Assembly: GCA_050173015.1 (NCBI GenBank)
Contig: JBFXLE010000007.1
Location: 119,658 to 183,657, forward strand
DNA: 64,000 nt
Direction of reading: 5' to 3'
Source of the DNA: Calditrichaceae bacterium
GTDB taxonomy: Bacteria > Calditrichota > Calditrichia > Calditrichales > JBFXGD01
This document shows positions 54,398 through 63,926 of this stretch, in pieces (within the stretch, counting starts at the first letter, position 1; the number at the start of each line of letters is the position of its first letter). Under the pieces are notes generated by a model, which did not search any database, had not been told where the DNA came from, and was given only the letters and a program-made list of their open reading frames with translations. The position numbers and the translations under genes were made by a program.

Positions 54398-55555
54398 TTA
54401 TTCTTCAAGCCAGCTCAGAGGATAAGCCGGATCATCAATTTCGTCCGCTTCTTTGGACATTATAAGCGGTTTGAATGTATCCAGCATCACCGCCAGTTCT
54501 TCGGTTTTTTTCTTCCCGATTGACTCCTCATAACGCCCGGGATGCGGGCCGTGCGGCAATCCCGCGGGATGAATAGTGACTGATCCCTGACTGACACCTT
54601 TCCGGCTCATAAAATCGCCTTCCACATAATACAGTACCTCATCACTATCCACATTGCTGTGATTGTAAGGCGCCGGGATGGATAATTCATGAAAATCGAA
54701 CAGCCTCGGGACAAAGGAGCAGATAACAAATCCGGGCCCTTCGAACGTTTGATGTACCGGAGGTGGCTGATGCAGCTTACCAACGATAGGCATAAAATCA
54801 CTGATATTCAAAATCCAGGGATAATAAAACCCGTCCCACCCGACAAGATCAAAAGGGTGATGCGCTAGAGTGAACTCCTGAATGCCGGACCTGAGTTTCA
54901 ACAAAATTTTAAAATCCCCGGTTTGATCAACCGGGCCTGAAAATTCAGGGACAATGATATCCCGCTCACAATAGGGGGCGTGTTCAAGAAGCTGTCCGAA
55001 TTTATTGAGATAACGTTTTGGAGGCTCCACCGGACCATAAGATTCGATGACCAGTAAACGTGTATCATCACTCTCATATTTAAGCTGGTGCAGCGTTCCG
55101 CCGGGAATAATAATATAATCACCGTCTTCAAACGGCAGATCTCCAAACTGACTTTTCAGCATGCCCCGGCCGCTATGAACAAAGATCACTTCATCCGCAT
55201 TTCCGTTCCTGTAAAAAAAATCCACGTTTTTTTCCGGAAATATGGTGTACATGACAACATCGCTATTGTAAGCGAGCATCCGGCGCCCGCTAATCCAGTC
55301 TCCAAAAGGTTTAAATTTAAAAGTTTCAAGATGCCTGTGGCGATGCGTGGAATCCGTGGCGGGAACCTGATTAACCGGTTTGAATGAACCGACTTTCTTT
55401 ATTCGGGTAGGAGGATAAATATGATAGGCATTTGAATAGATGTTTGAAAAACCCTCCCGGCTGATCAGTTCCTCGTATCTCAATCCTCCCTCTGAGCCAC
55501 GATGCTGAATATGCCTTTTTGGTGGTATTTCACCTCTTTTTATATAATATGGCAT
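54398..55555 (-). CDS. hmgA: Homogentisate 1,2-dioxygenase (short type)
   Basis: HQPPPVHQTF, PYNHSNVDSDE, HGPHPG. Confidence 0.93.
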   Translation of the reverse strand: MPYYIKRGEIPPKRHIQHRGSEGGLRYEELISREGFSNIYSNAYHIYPPTRIKKVGSFKPVNQVPATDSTHRHRHLETFKFKPFGDWISGRRMLAYNSDVVMYTIFPEKNVDFFYRNGNADEVIFVHSGRGMLKSQFGDLPFEDGDYIIIPGGTLHQLKYESDDTRLLVIESYGPVEPPKRYLNKFGQLLEHAPYCERDIIVPEFSGPVDQTGDFKILLKLRSGIQEFTLAHHPFDLVGWDGFYYPWILNISDFMPIVGKLHQPPPVHQTFEGPGFVICSFVPRLFDFHELSIPAPYNHSNVDSDEVLYYVEGDFMSRKGVSQGSVTIHPAGLPHGPHPGRYEESIGKKKTEELAVMLDTFKPLIMSKEADEIDDPAYPLSWLEE

Positions 55556-55673
55556 ACGTTTCCTTCTTTTACCTTCAATTTCTACATTGAACCATCTTTA
55601 GAAGATCAATGTTTCACTTTCCGCTTAAAATTCCCCGGATTTTACCGTTTGCAAAACACCACTGTAAATTCCA

Positions 55674-56783
55674 TCACGTTTTTCGGGCATCTGCCTGCGT
55701 CATATCCCACAAATACAATAACAGACTGCCGGCGCCCAGACAGACCGCTCCCACATCAATCAACCATCCTATTCTTGGTATTTCCCTGAACAGCGCGATA
55801 ATAATGATTCCGATGAGCAGGGAAAAAATTAAACTTCCTGATTCCCCGCCTTTTTTCAGCAATTTCAGCAAATAATCGCCGATGAATAATCCAGTAATGA
55901 TAATCCCTATATAAACCGTAACAAGATACGCTGCCGTTAAGATCAGGGCGGCCGGGATGGTAATAATCAAAACCAGAAGTATTGCTATCGCAAGGGGTGT
56001 TAAAACAAGAAACAGAAATCCTATGCCGGAGCCTAGCCCTACCCTCTCGGTCATCGAATTTGTTAACTTTTTTAGAAAGGGATTTAAAAATATACTCAGG
56101 ATAATCCCGACAACAAACATCGCTAAAATTCCCCAATAAAAAAACTTTGTCTGATAAAAGGATGGTTCTGTTTTGATTAAAATTTCAAGATCCGCCGGCC
56201 GAAACGGTATTTTTTCGACATCCACTTCTTGTGTTAACGTCAATTTTGTACCCATCGGCGATGAATAATCCGGACCAAAATCAATATGGCGCGCTTCGAG
56301 TTCAACACCTTGGCCGATCGTTCCGTTTAAAAAAGAATGCCTGGAGCTACCTCTGACAGAACCATTAATCCGTCCGCCCTCCAGCCTAAACTCACCCGAA
56401 CCGGTGATTACATTCCCCCTGATTAATCCGCGATCCGTAATCTTGAGACTACCGCTATAAACAAGAACATCACCACCAACCTCACCATCAATGATGACGC
56501 TTTCGCCTCCGCTGATCACCATATCATTGACTTTTCCGGTCAGAATTAACCGACGGCAGCCGGCAATGACATCATCTTCTACTACGCCTTCAATGTTCAG
56601 TGTTTCACACCCCGTATAGAGGTCGCCTTTAATATATCCCCGGATATCGACATTCGCGGACCCGGCGAATAAATCCGTCAACATGGTGTCACCACTAACA
56701 ACTCTCACGGACTCCCCGCTTTTAAATTCAGCCGCGAACGAACTCAAAACCAGGGAAAGAATCATGATGTAAAAGAGTTTCAT
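55674..56783 (-). CDS. Bactofilin-like beta-helix repeat membrane protein
   Basis: Signal peptide, ~15-aa G.V.GD[VL]..G repeats, about 5 C-terminal TM helices. Confidence 0.7.
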   Translation of the reverse strand: MKLFYIMILSLVLSSFAAEFKSGESVRVVSGDTMLTDLFAGSANVDIRGYIKGDLYTGCETLNIEGVVEDDVIAGCRRLILTGKVNDMVISGGESVIIDGEVGGDVLVYSGSLKITDRGLIRGNVITGSGEFRLEGGRINGSVRGSSRHSFLNGTIGQGVELEARHIDFGPDYSSPMGTKLTLTQEVDVEKIPFRPADLEILIKTEPSFYQTKFFYWGILAMFVVGIILSIFLNPFLKKLTNSMTERVGLGSGIGFLFLVLTPLAIAILLVLIITIPAALILTAAYLVTVYIGIIITGLFIGDYLLKLLKKGGESGSLIFSLLIGIIIIALFREIPRIGWLIDVGAVCLGAGSLLLYLWDMTQADARKT

Positions 56784-56827
56784 GTTCACTCCTTTTTTTC
56801 AGGCTTATATACGAAGATTAATACAAT

Positions 56828-57811
56828 TTATTCCACCGGCGTGCTTAAAATCCCTAAATGTTCAATTTCAAGTTCTACCATATCCCCTCTTTCTATCCAG
56901 CCGTCTGCTCGCTCCGGCCTTAATTCCAGAATGCATCCTGTTCCCACCGTTCCCGATCCGATAACATCACCCGGGAACAAGGTAACCCCCTGAGAGGCGC
57001 GGGCGATCATTTCTTCAAAACTATAGGTAATATCCGCAAAATTACCTTCGGAAAGCAACCGGCCGTTTTTTTTAGCGGTCATTTTTAGATGATACCCTTT
57101 GTTTTTTCTGAATCCTTCGATTTCATCCGGTGTGACCATATAAGGCCCGAGACCCGAAGCAAAATCTTTTCCTTTTGCCGGCCCCAACCCTACACGCATT
57201 TCTTTTCTCTGAATGTCTCTCGCGGACCAGTCATTAAGAATTGTGTACCCGGCGATATACTCCGCGGCTTTATCCGGCGAAATATCTCTGCCCGCTTTTC
57301 CGATGATACAGGCAACTTCAAGCTCATAATCCAGTTCCCGCGTATAATCAGGTTTACGCAGACTCTGACCATGTCCGAGAAACGCGTTTGGATTTGAGAA
57401 ATAAAAGACCGGAAATTCATACCATTCAGGAATCATCCGCAAATTGCGGAGCGCGCGCGCTGTTTTGACATGCTGTTCAAACGCGTAGAAATCTCTGAAT
57501 GACGGAGGATTTATTACCGGTGGAAGAAAAATCACATCGGATGACTTAAAAGCCGCGGGCTGACCATCAACGATGATATCAGCAGGATTTACATTTAAAA
57601 GAATTTCAGATAAGCCGGTCAACTTTGAGAAATACCTGCTCCATTCTTTCAATAAACCGTCCACGGTGAAGCTCGGCTCAAGACCGGCATCATAGCTGTT
57701 TTTGACTTTTATCCACGTCGCGGCCTTCTCCAGATCAATGACCCGATCAGAAAGATATATGCCCGCGCGCTGCCGGTTATCCGTCTTACTACTGAATGTG
57801 AGTAATTTCAT
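56828..57811 (-). CDS. fahA: Fumarylacetoacetate hydrolase family protein
   Basis: RDFYAFEQH, LDYELE, NDWSARDIQ, KGKDF, GSGTVGTG. Confidence 0.9.
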   Translation of the reverse strand: MKLLTFSSKTDNRQRAGIYLSDRVIDLEKAATWIKVKNSYDAGLEPSFTVDGLLKEWSRYFSKLTGLSEILLNVNPADIIVDGQPAAFKSSDVIFLPPVINPPSFRDFYAFEQHVKTARALRNLRMIPEWYEFPVFYFSNPNAFLGHGQSLRKPDYTRELDYELEVACIIGKAGRDISPDKAAEYIAGYTILNDWSARDIQRKEMRVGLGPAKGKDFASGLGPYMVTPDEIEGFRKNKGYHLKMTAKKNGRLLSEGNFADITYSFEEMIARASQGVTLFPGDVIGSGTVGTGCILELRPERADGWIERGDMVELEIEHLGILSTPVE

Positions 57812-57949
57812 ATATTTTTTATCTGCAAAGTGAATTTAATAAAGGTGACAATTAATCAGAGTTTTTAAATCAGATACAACCCGCCACGGGAACCGGATTC
57901 ATCTGTAAACTAATGGATTACATGAACTGAAAAAACCGAAAAAATATTT

Positions 57950-59041
57950 TTACAGATTTCCTCTGCGATCCTGTTCTCTTTCAATGGCCTCAAACAACGC
58001 TTTAAAATTACCTTTGCCAAAACTCTGTGATCCCTTACGCTGGATGATTTCAAAAAACAATGTCGGGCGGTCCTGAACCGGCTTGGTAAATATTTGCAGC
58101 ATATAGCCAATCTCATCCCTATCCACAAGTATCCCCAGCTTTGAAAGCGCGGTGAGATCTTCATCTATTTTTCCGACACGATCCGGCAGTTCCTGATAAT
58201 ACGACTCCGGCACATCCAGAAACTCTACGCCGTTCGCGACCAATTTTCCCACCGTCTGAACAATATCTTTTGTCTCCATGGCGATGTGCTGTATGCCCGG
58301 ACCCGAGTAATATTCTACAAATTCCTCTATCTGAGATTTACGCAGACCCGCCGCGGGTCTGTTTATGGGCATTTTTATGCGTTCATTTTCATTCGCGACT
58401 ACCACAGATCGAAGCGCCGAATGTTCGGTGGAAATGTCTTTGTCATCCGCTGACCAGAAACGGTGAAAACCGAACACCTTTTCATACCATTCCGCTACCC
58501 TGTTCATTTCACCTTCCGGCTGATTGCCTACAAAATGATCAATGTAATTTAATCCCACGGATTCTGCGCGCAACGCCGAACGATAGGGAACGTATCCCGG
58601 AAGAAACACACCTTTATATGATGAACGTTCAACAAAACTGTGCACCGTGTCTCCGAATGTTTTCACCGTGGCGATTTTGACTTCTCCATTTTCATCGGCG
58701 GCAACGGTCGGGTGAAGTGTGGAGACTGCTCCGTTACCCGTCACGTAATCCCACGCGGACTGAGCATCATCTACCCAAAAGGCGATGTTTTTGACTCCGT
58801 CACCGTGCATCTTTAAATGTTCATTCAGTTCTGAATCTGCTTTTAAGGGTGAAGTTAATATAAACCGAATTTTATCCTGTTGGAGAACGTATGACACGCT
58901 ATCCCTGTTTCCGGTCTCCAGCCCGCTGTAAGCGATCGGCTCGAAACCGAATTGTGTTTGATAATAATGGGCCGCCTGCCTGGCGTTTCCAACAATAAAA
59001 CTTACATGATCAATACCCACTATTTCGAATGGTGCTTTCAT
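57950..59041 (-). CDS. hppD: 4-hydroxyphenylpyruvate dioxygenase
   Basis: IDHFVGN, SQIEEF, GIQHIA, FFEIIQR, FGKGNFKALFEAIEREQ. Confidence 0.97.
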   Translation of the reverse strand: MKAPFEIVGIDHVSFIVGNARQAAHYYQTQFGFEPIAYSGLETGNRDSVSYVLQQDKIRFILTSPLKADSELNEHLKMHGDGVKNIAFWVDDAQSAWDYVTGNGAVSTLHPTVAADENGEVKIATVKTFGDTVHSFVERSSYKGVFLPGYVPYRSALRAESVGLNYIDHFVGNQPEGEMNRVAEWYEKVFGFHRFWSADDKDISTEHSALRSVVVANENERIKMPINRPAAGLRKSQIEEFVEYYSGPGIQHIAMETKDIVQTVGKLVANGVEFLDVPESYYQELPDRVGKIDEDLTALSKLGILVDRDEIGYMLQIFTKPVQDRPTLFFEIIQRKGSQSFGKGNFKALFEAIEREQDRRGNL

Positions 59042-59132
59042 GCAATTACTCCTGAAAATATTTTTATTGAAATGTATTCATCTTAACTCACAGCAGGGCG
59101 ATTTTATTCTGTGAAGAATGAGAAAAGAAGAA

Positions 59133-59164
59133 AAGTAGGAAGTAGGAAGTAGGAAGTAAGAAGT
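59133..59164 (+). repeat. Heptamer tandem repeat (AAGTAGG)x3 + degenerate copies
   Basis: AAGTAGG AAGTAGG AAGTAGG AAGTAAG AAGT. Confidence 0.85.
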
Positions 59165-59190
59165 TAAGACAAAAGAAAAAAGATGAACGC

Positions 59191-59214
59191 GTAGAGACGC
59201 AGCATGCCGCGTCT
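59191..59214 (+). repeat. GTAG-type REP-like palindrome
   Basis: GTAG-AGACGCAGC-AT-GCCGCGTCT: GTAG tetranucleotide followed by imperfect GC hairpin. Confidence 0.55.
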
Positions 59215-59477
59215 GGAGTGGGAAGTGAAGAAAGGAAAACGTCTGAACTGTGATGAAAAGGATTAAATGATTCCATGATTAAGAGATGGGACATCAGTCC
59301 TCAGCTAATCATATAATCCCGCCATAGGTGGGCGGGTCAGACAATCTTTAATCAGAGTTTAGAAAACAAAGATTATTGATGACATGCGGGATTAATTTAT
59401 TAAATCTTGTCGAATACTGTATTTCTATTTAAATTCACCGCCTTGTTGTACTATTAAAAGAAAACGACGGAGTCTGT

Positions 59478-60890
59478 ATGCGTTATATTAAACCATCTAT
59501 TTCGATTATCATACCGGTATTGATTCTGATCATGCCCGGCCAATGGATTCCGCTTGATAATATATCCGTTGTCGAACAGCGGCTTATCGCCATATTTGTC
59601 ATGGCAACCCTTTTCTGGGTACTGGAACCCATACCTATTTTCGCCACATCTGTGCTGATCATTACCCTTGAACTCGTCATGGTATCAGACAGCAGTTTTT
59701 TTCTGTTCAGCGCGCCACCCGAAGCTTCAAATTTCGGAACAGTGCTCAGTTACAAATCCATCATGGCCGCCTTCGCCTCGCCGATCATCCTGCTTTTCTT
59801 AGGCGGATTCTTTCTGGCCATGGCGGCGACCAAATACCGGCTTGATATCAATCTGGCGCGAGTGTTACTAAAACCATTCGGAACGGATCCCAAATGGGTG
59901 ATGCTTGGATTGATGGTGATAACGGCCATCTTTTCCATGTTTATGAGCAACACGGCGACAACCGCCATGATGCTGGCCATTTTAACCCCGGTGCTCGTTA
60001 CCTTCAGGGATGATGATCCCGGCAAAACAGGATTTATCCTCGCCATACCCTTCGCGGCCAATGTTGGCGGAATCGGCACGCCAATCGGGACACCGCCAAA
60101 CGCGGTGGCAATGAAATACCTTACCGGAGTCAATACTATTTCCTTCGGTGAATGGATGGAATTCGCCATTCCGTATGTGATTGTATTGCTGATTATTCTC
60201 TGGTTCGTTTTACTAAAATTTTTCCCGCCATCAACAAAAGAGATAAAGGTACAGATTGAAAACAAGTTTCTTAAAACAGGAAAAGCGAAAACGGTTTATG
60301 TTACATTCATTATAACCATTCTTCTATGGCTTTTTACTGATTTTCACGGCATGAATTCGTATATTGTGGCCATGATCCCTGTTTCGGTATTTCTGGTTTC
60401 AAGAATTTTAACCGCCGATGATCTGAAAAGAATCAGCTGGGATGTTCTGTGGCTGATTGCCGGCGGTATCGCTTTGGGAACCGGTCTCGAACAAAGCGGG
60501 CTTACCGAACATTTGATAAGTTCTATTCCTTTTGACCGTCTGCATCCATTGCTCATTGTGGCGATTGCCACCATCATTACATTGCTGATGGCGAATTTCA
60601 TGTCCCACACGGCCACGGCCAACCTGCTTCTTCCGGTGATGGCTGCATTGGGAGCGAATGTGGAGTCCCTTGGCGCGTTTGGAGGCAGTAAAATGATTAT
60701 TCTGGCGGTGACTTTTGCATCAAGCATTGCCATGTCACTTCCCATCAGCACACCGCCAAACGCCATGGCCTACGCCAGCGGAATTATCAAAACCCCCCAG
60801 ATGGCCCGCACCGGGGTTTTAATGGGAATGACAGGATTAATTCTTATCTATTTGATGCTATACATTTTAAAAACAATCGGGTTTCTATGA
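59478..60890 (+). CDS. SLC13/DASS family anion:Na+ symporter
   Basis: SMFMSNTATT, GTPIGTPPN, NFMSHTATAN, PISTPPNA. Confidence 0.93.
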   Translation: MRYIKPSISIIIPVLILIMPGQWIPLDNISVVEQRLIAIFVMATLFWVLEPIPIFATSVLIITLELVMVSDSSFFLFSAPPEASNFGTVLSYKSIMAAFASPIILLFLGGFFLAMAATKYRLDINLARVLLKPFGTDPKWVMLGLMVITAIFSMFMSNTATTAMMLAILTPVLVTFRDDDPGKTGFILAIPFAANVGGIGTPIGTPPNAVAMKYLTGVNTISFGEWMEFAIPYVIVLLIILWFVLLKFFPPSTKEIKVQIENKFLKTGKAKTVYVTFIITILLWLFTDFHGMNSYIVAMIPVSVFLVSRILTADDLKRISWDVLWLIAGGIALGTGLEQSGLTEHLISSIPFDRLHPLLIVAIATIITLLMANFMSHTATANLLLPVMAALGANVESLGAFGGSKMIILAVTFASSIAMSLPISTPPNAMAYASGIIKTPQMARTGVLMGMTGLILIYLMLYILKTIGFL

Positions 60891-62233
60891 AAACTGTTGA
60901 ACAAATCGCTGAATTTGACTGGCTTATCCGTACTTATTTTTCCGAGCCGTCCCGCCGTATCCGCCTGAAAAAGGGCGAGATATTGATGGAGCAGGATAAA
61001 CTTAATAATCGTCTTTATCTTGTCCGAAGCGGGATGCTTTCCAGCTATGTAAAAGAACCTGACGGTACAAAAGAAGAAATTTTTACGGCCGGAAAGAATA
61101 CTTTTGTGGGAGCGTACAGTTTTTTCTCAAAGTCATTTAAGAGTCTCGCCACGGTGGAGGCGTTGACTGATTGCGAGCTCGCCTATATTGATAAAGATCA
61201 GGTTCCGGTTCCGAAGGATGACGCGAAATGTCTCGAAAAACAGTTCATGCCGGTAGCCGTTGTCGATTTAATGAAAAGACAGCAGCGTGTACAGGAAGTA
61301 GCCAGAGAAAGAGAACAGGCGCTTAAAAAATTAGTGGATAATGAAAAATACGCTTCTCTTGGGCAGATGGCGGCCGGGATCGCGCATGAACTCAACAATT
61401 CCATCTCGGTCATCGCGAGAAATTCAAACTGGCTGGTTGAACAGATCAATCAAAGATGGAATGATGAAAAGGAAGCCGCCATCTTCGAATCGGGCTTTTT
61501 AAGGGGACGATTCCTATCCAGCAGCGATGTCCGACGCCGTAAAAAAGAGCTCCTGGCAAATTTTAAATTATCCGATGATTCGGCCTCCCTGCTCGCGCAA
61601 ACAGGTATAACTGATCATCAGTTGCCTTCATTTACAAAGGACCCGAGTAAAGATGCCCGAAAAATATATGAATTGTGGGAAATGGGCGCTGCATGGAATG
61701 ATATGATCGTCGCCGCGGAACAATCCACTCATGTTGTTAAATCCATCAAAGAGCTAGGCGTCCGCTCCACTGTCCGCAATCCGGGTCTGGACATCAATGA
61801 AAGTATCCGGGACGCTCTCGCGCTGCTGCGTCATAAATTAAAACTGATCACTCTCGATCTTGAATTAAACGATTTACCGCCGATCAACGGCAACATGGGA
61901 GAATTTGTTCAGATTTGGACCAATATTCTCCGTAACGCCTGTGAGGCTATGTTCGCGTCGGATAAAACGGATCATCAACTAGCTATAATCAGCAAGCATG
62001 AAAAAGCAAACATCAGCGTGATAATCCGCGATAACGGACCGGGCATACCAAAAGATATATTACCAAATATCTTCCAGCCGAATGTCACGACAAAAATTTC
62101 AGGATTATCATTCGGCCTGGGACTGGGCCTGACAATTGTTCAGCGTATTATAAATGAATATAACGGCGCCGTTTCGGTTAAGAGTTCTGAAAAGGGTACT
62201 AGTTTTTTAATAACCATACCTGTCGGAGGTTGA
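60887..62233 (+). CDS. Cytoplasmic histidine kinase with N-terminal cNMP-binding (Crp-like) domain
   Basis: LKKGEILMEQ..LYLVRSG..VG; AAGIAHELNN H-box, NACEA N-box, DNGPGIP, GLGLGL. Confidence 0.92.
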   Translation: MKTVEQIAEFDWLIRTYFSEPSRRIRLKKGEILMEQDKLNNRLYLVRSGMLSSYVKEPDGTKEEIFTAGKNTFVGAYSFFSKSFKSLATVEALTDCELAYIDKDQVPVPKDDAKCLEKQFMPVAVVDLMKRQQRVQEVAREREQALKKLVDNEKYASLGQMAAGIAHELNNSISVIARNSNWLVEQINQRWNDEKEAAIFESGFLRGRFLSSSDVRRRKKELLANFKLSDDSASLLAQTGITDHQLPSFTKDPSKDARKIYELWEMGAAWNDMIVAAEQSTHVVKSIKELGVRSTVRNPGLDINESIRDALALLRHKLKLITLDLELNDLPPINGNMGEFVQIWTNILRNACEAMFASDKTDHQLAIISKHEKANISVIIRDNGPGIPKDILPNIFQPNVTTKISGLSFGLGLGLTIVQRIINEYNGAVSVKSSEKGTSFLITIPVGG

Positions 62234-62234
62234 C

Positions 62235-62717
62235 ATGGCAAAACTGAATATACTATGCATCGACGATCAAAGAGAAGTACTGGCCGCTCTTAAAAAGGAT
62301 CTTGAATATTTTAGCCCGATCGTCAATCTGATTGATTGTGAATCAGCCGGCGAAGCGGATGAAGTTCTTAACGAACTGGATTCCGAGGGCCAATTGGTCG
62401 GCGTCATTATCTGCGACCATATTATGCCCGGTGAAACAGGTGTGGATTTTCTTTCGAGAATGAACAGGGATGATCGTTTTATACTGACCCGAAAATTACT
62501 GCTTACCGGGCTCGCGACACACCGGGATACCATTCAGGCCATTAACCAGGCCAATATCGACCGGTACATCGAAAAACCGTGGGAAAAACAGGAATTGATT
62601 GACGCGGTTAAAATACTCTTTACACTATTTATTATCGAATCCGATGAAGATTATAATGATTATCTCACTTTTTTGGATCAGCCGACCTTGTATCGTCTGC
62701 TCCGCAAGCGCGTCTAA
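62235..62717 (+). CDS. Response regulator (receiver only)
   Basis: ILCIDD, IICDHIMP, LLTG, IEKPW. Confidence 0.93.
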   Translation: MAKLNILCIDDQREVLAALKKDLEYFSPIVNLIDCESAGEADEVLNELDSEGQLVGVIICDHIMPGETGVDFLSRMNRDDRFILTRKLLLTGLATHRDTIQAINQANIDRYIEKPWEKQELIDAVKILFTLFIIESDEDYNDYLTFLDQPTLYRLLRKRV

Positions 62718-62737
62718 AAGATACCGGATTGAGATAT

Positions 62738-62777
62738 AATCCCCGTCTCTCATCAATTGAAAGACGGGGATTTTTTT
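62738..62777. terminator. Intrinsic terminator between convergent genes
   Basis: AATCCCCGTCT...AGACGGGGATT followed by T run. Confidence 0.75.
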
Positions 62778-62778
62778 A

Positions 62779-63747
62779 TTATTCGTAAAAATTCCGGTCC
62801 CAGCGGTGTTCTTTAAGCCGCTCAAGCAGATCTTCCGACAGCGCTCCCCGCGTGACACTCTCCACATTCGAAAGTAGATTTTTTTCTTTACGCATTCCCG
62901 GGATTACGGTGGTAACCGCTTCAAAACTGATGAGATATCTTAATGCCGCTTCAGCCATGGAACCGGTTTCATTGCCGGTGTCTTCCAAAATCTTTTGAAC
63001 CCTGTCCCAAACCTGCTCTTTCCGTTCGCCTCTGAAATAACGGTTCCGGAAGTCTTTATTCGGGAACGTGGTATCCGGTTTGATGTTGCCCGTCAAAGCC
63101 CCTTCATCAAAGGGCACTCTGGCAATGACGCTGATCTTGTTTTCAAGGCAGAAAGGCAGCAGCTTCTCTGTCGGCGACTGATCAAAAATATTAAAGATCA
63201 CCTGATATGAATCTATGAGTCCCGTCTTTCCCGCTTCGATGCCGTTCTCCGGCTGATGATCATTGATGGAAATTCCAAAAAACCGCACTTTCCCGTCCTT
63301 TTTCAGTTTTAATACGGCTTCCTTCCATTCATCCTGCTCCGCCCAGCGGTCGTTCCATACATGAAACTGCTGTAGATCCAGATAATCGCGATTCAGATTC
63401 TTAAGACTCTTCTCTGTGGTCTCAATGATATAATTTTTTGGGAACGAGTCTTTTAGAAGGGACTCGTCTCTCGCCGGCCATTCCATTTTTTTTGATGGAA
63501 TTTTAGACGTGACAAATAACTCTTTCCCCGATTCTTTTTCCACTTCACCAATCAGTTTTTCACTATGTCCCATTCCGTAAACCAGCGCTGAATCAAAGAA
63601 GTTAATCCCCTCTTCAATGGCCCGACGCAAAACTCTCTTTGACTCTTTGTCTTCCGCGCCAATCCACATGGCCCGGCCGATGCCCCAGGCGCCAAAGCCA
63701 AGCTGCGAAACTTCTGTTGATGATCTTGCAAATTTTTTGTATTCCAT
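62779..63747 (-). CDS. Aldo/keto reductase
   Basis: LGFGAWGIG, FFDSALVYG, SLKNL..DYLDL.QFH, VIPGMR. Confidence 0.93.
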   Translation of the reverse strand: MEYKKFARSSTEVSQLGFGAWGIGRAMWIGAEDKESKRVLRRAIEEGINFFDSALVYGMGHSEKLIGEVEKESGKELFVTSKIPSKKMEWPARDESLLKDSFPKNYIIETTEKSLKNLNRDYLDLQQFHVWNDRWAEQDEWKEAVLKLKKDGKVRFFGISINDHQPENGIEAGKTGLIDSYQVIFNIFDQSPTEKLLPFCLENKISVIARVPFDEGALTGNIKPDTTFPNKDFRNRYFRGERKEQVWDRVQKILEDTGNETGSMAEAALRYLISFEAVTTVIPGMRKEKNLLSNVESVTRGALSEDLLERLKEHRWDRNFYE

Positions 63748-63897
63748 TCTGACTCCTTTGTTTTAGACTGAATTCAAATTCAACCATCCGGCGCCATAAT
63801 TTATTTCATACCGCGCGCTGATGATGAACGGTTAAAACTACAAGAATTTAGAAAAATGTTCAAATAAATGAGGAAAAAGTGACTTGTCCTGAATAAA

Positions 63898-63926
63898 TTG
63901 ACAAAAAAGTGTTAATTTATTACCCT
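63898..63926 (+). promoter_or_regulatory. Putative sigma70 promoter for a gene beyond the window end
   Basis: TTGACA-N17-TACCCT; SD-preceded ATGs at 63967 and 63980. Confidence 0.45.

Noticed and set aside
59133-59164. CRISPR array
   Set aside because: 7-nt tandem units with no spacers; no repeat-spacer array or cas gene seen anywhere in the window
59088-59294. 68-aa minus-strand ORF
   Set aside because: Low-complexity translation of the heptamer/REP patch
33294-63747. Selenocysteine readthrough or programmed frameshifts in accessory genes
   Set aside because: Proteins appear full length with family-typical C-termini; TGA stops are ordinary or part of gene overlaps
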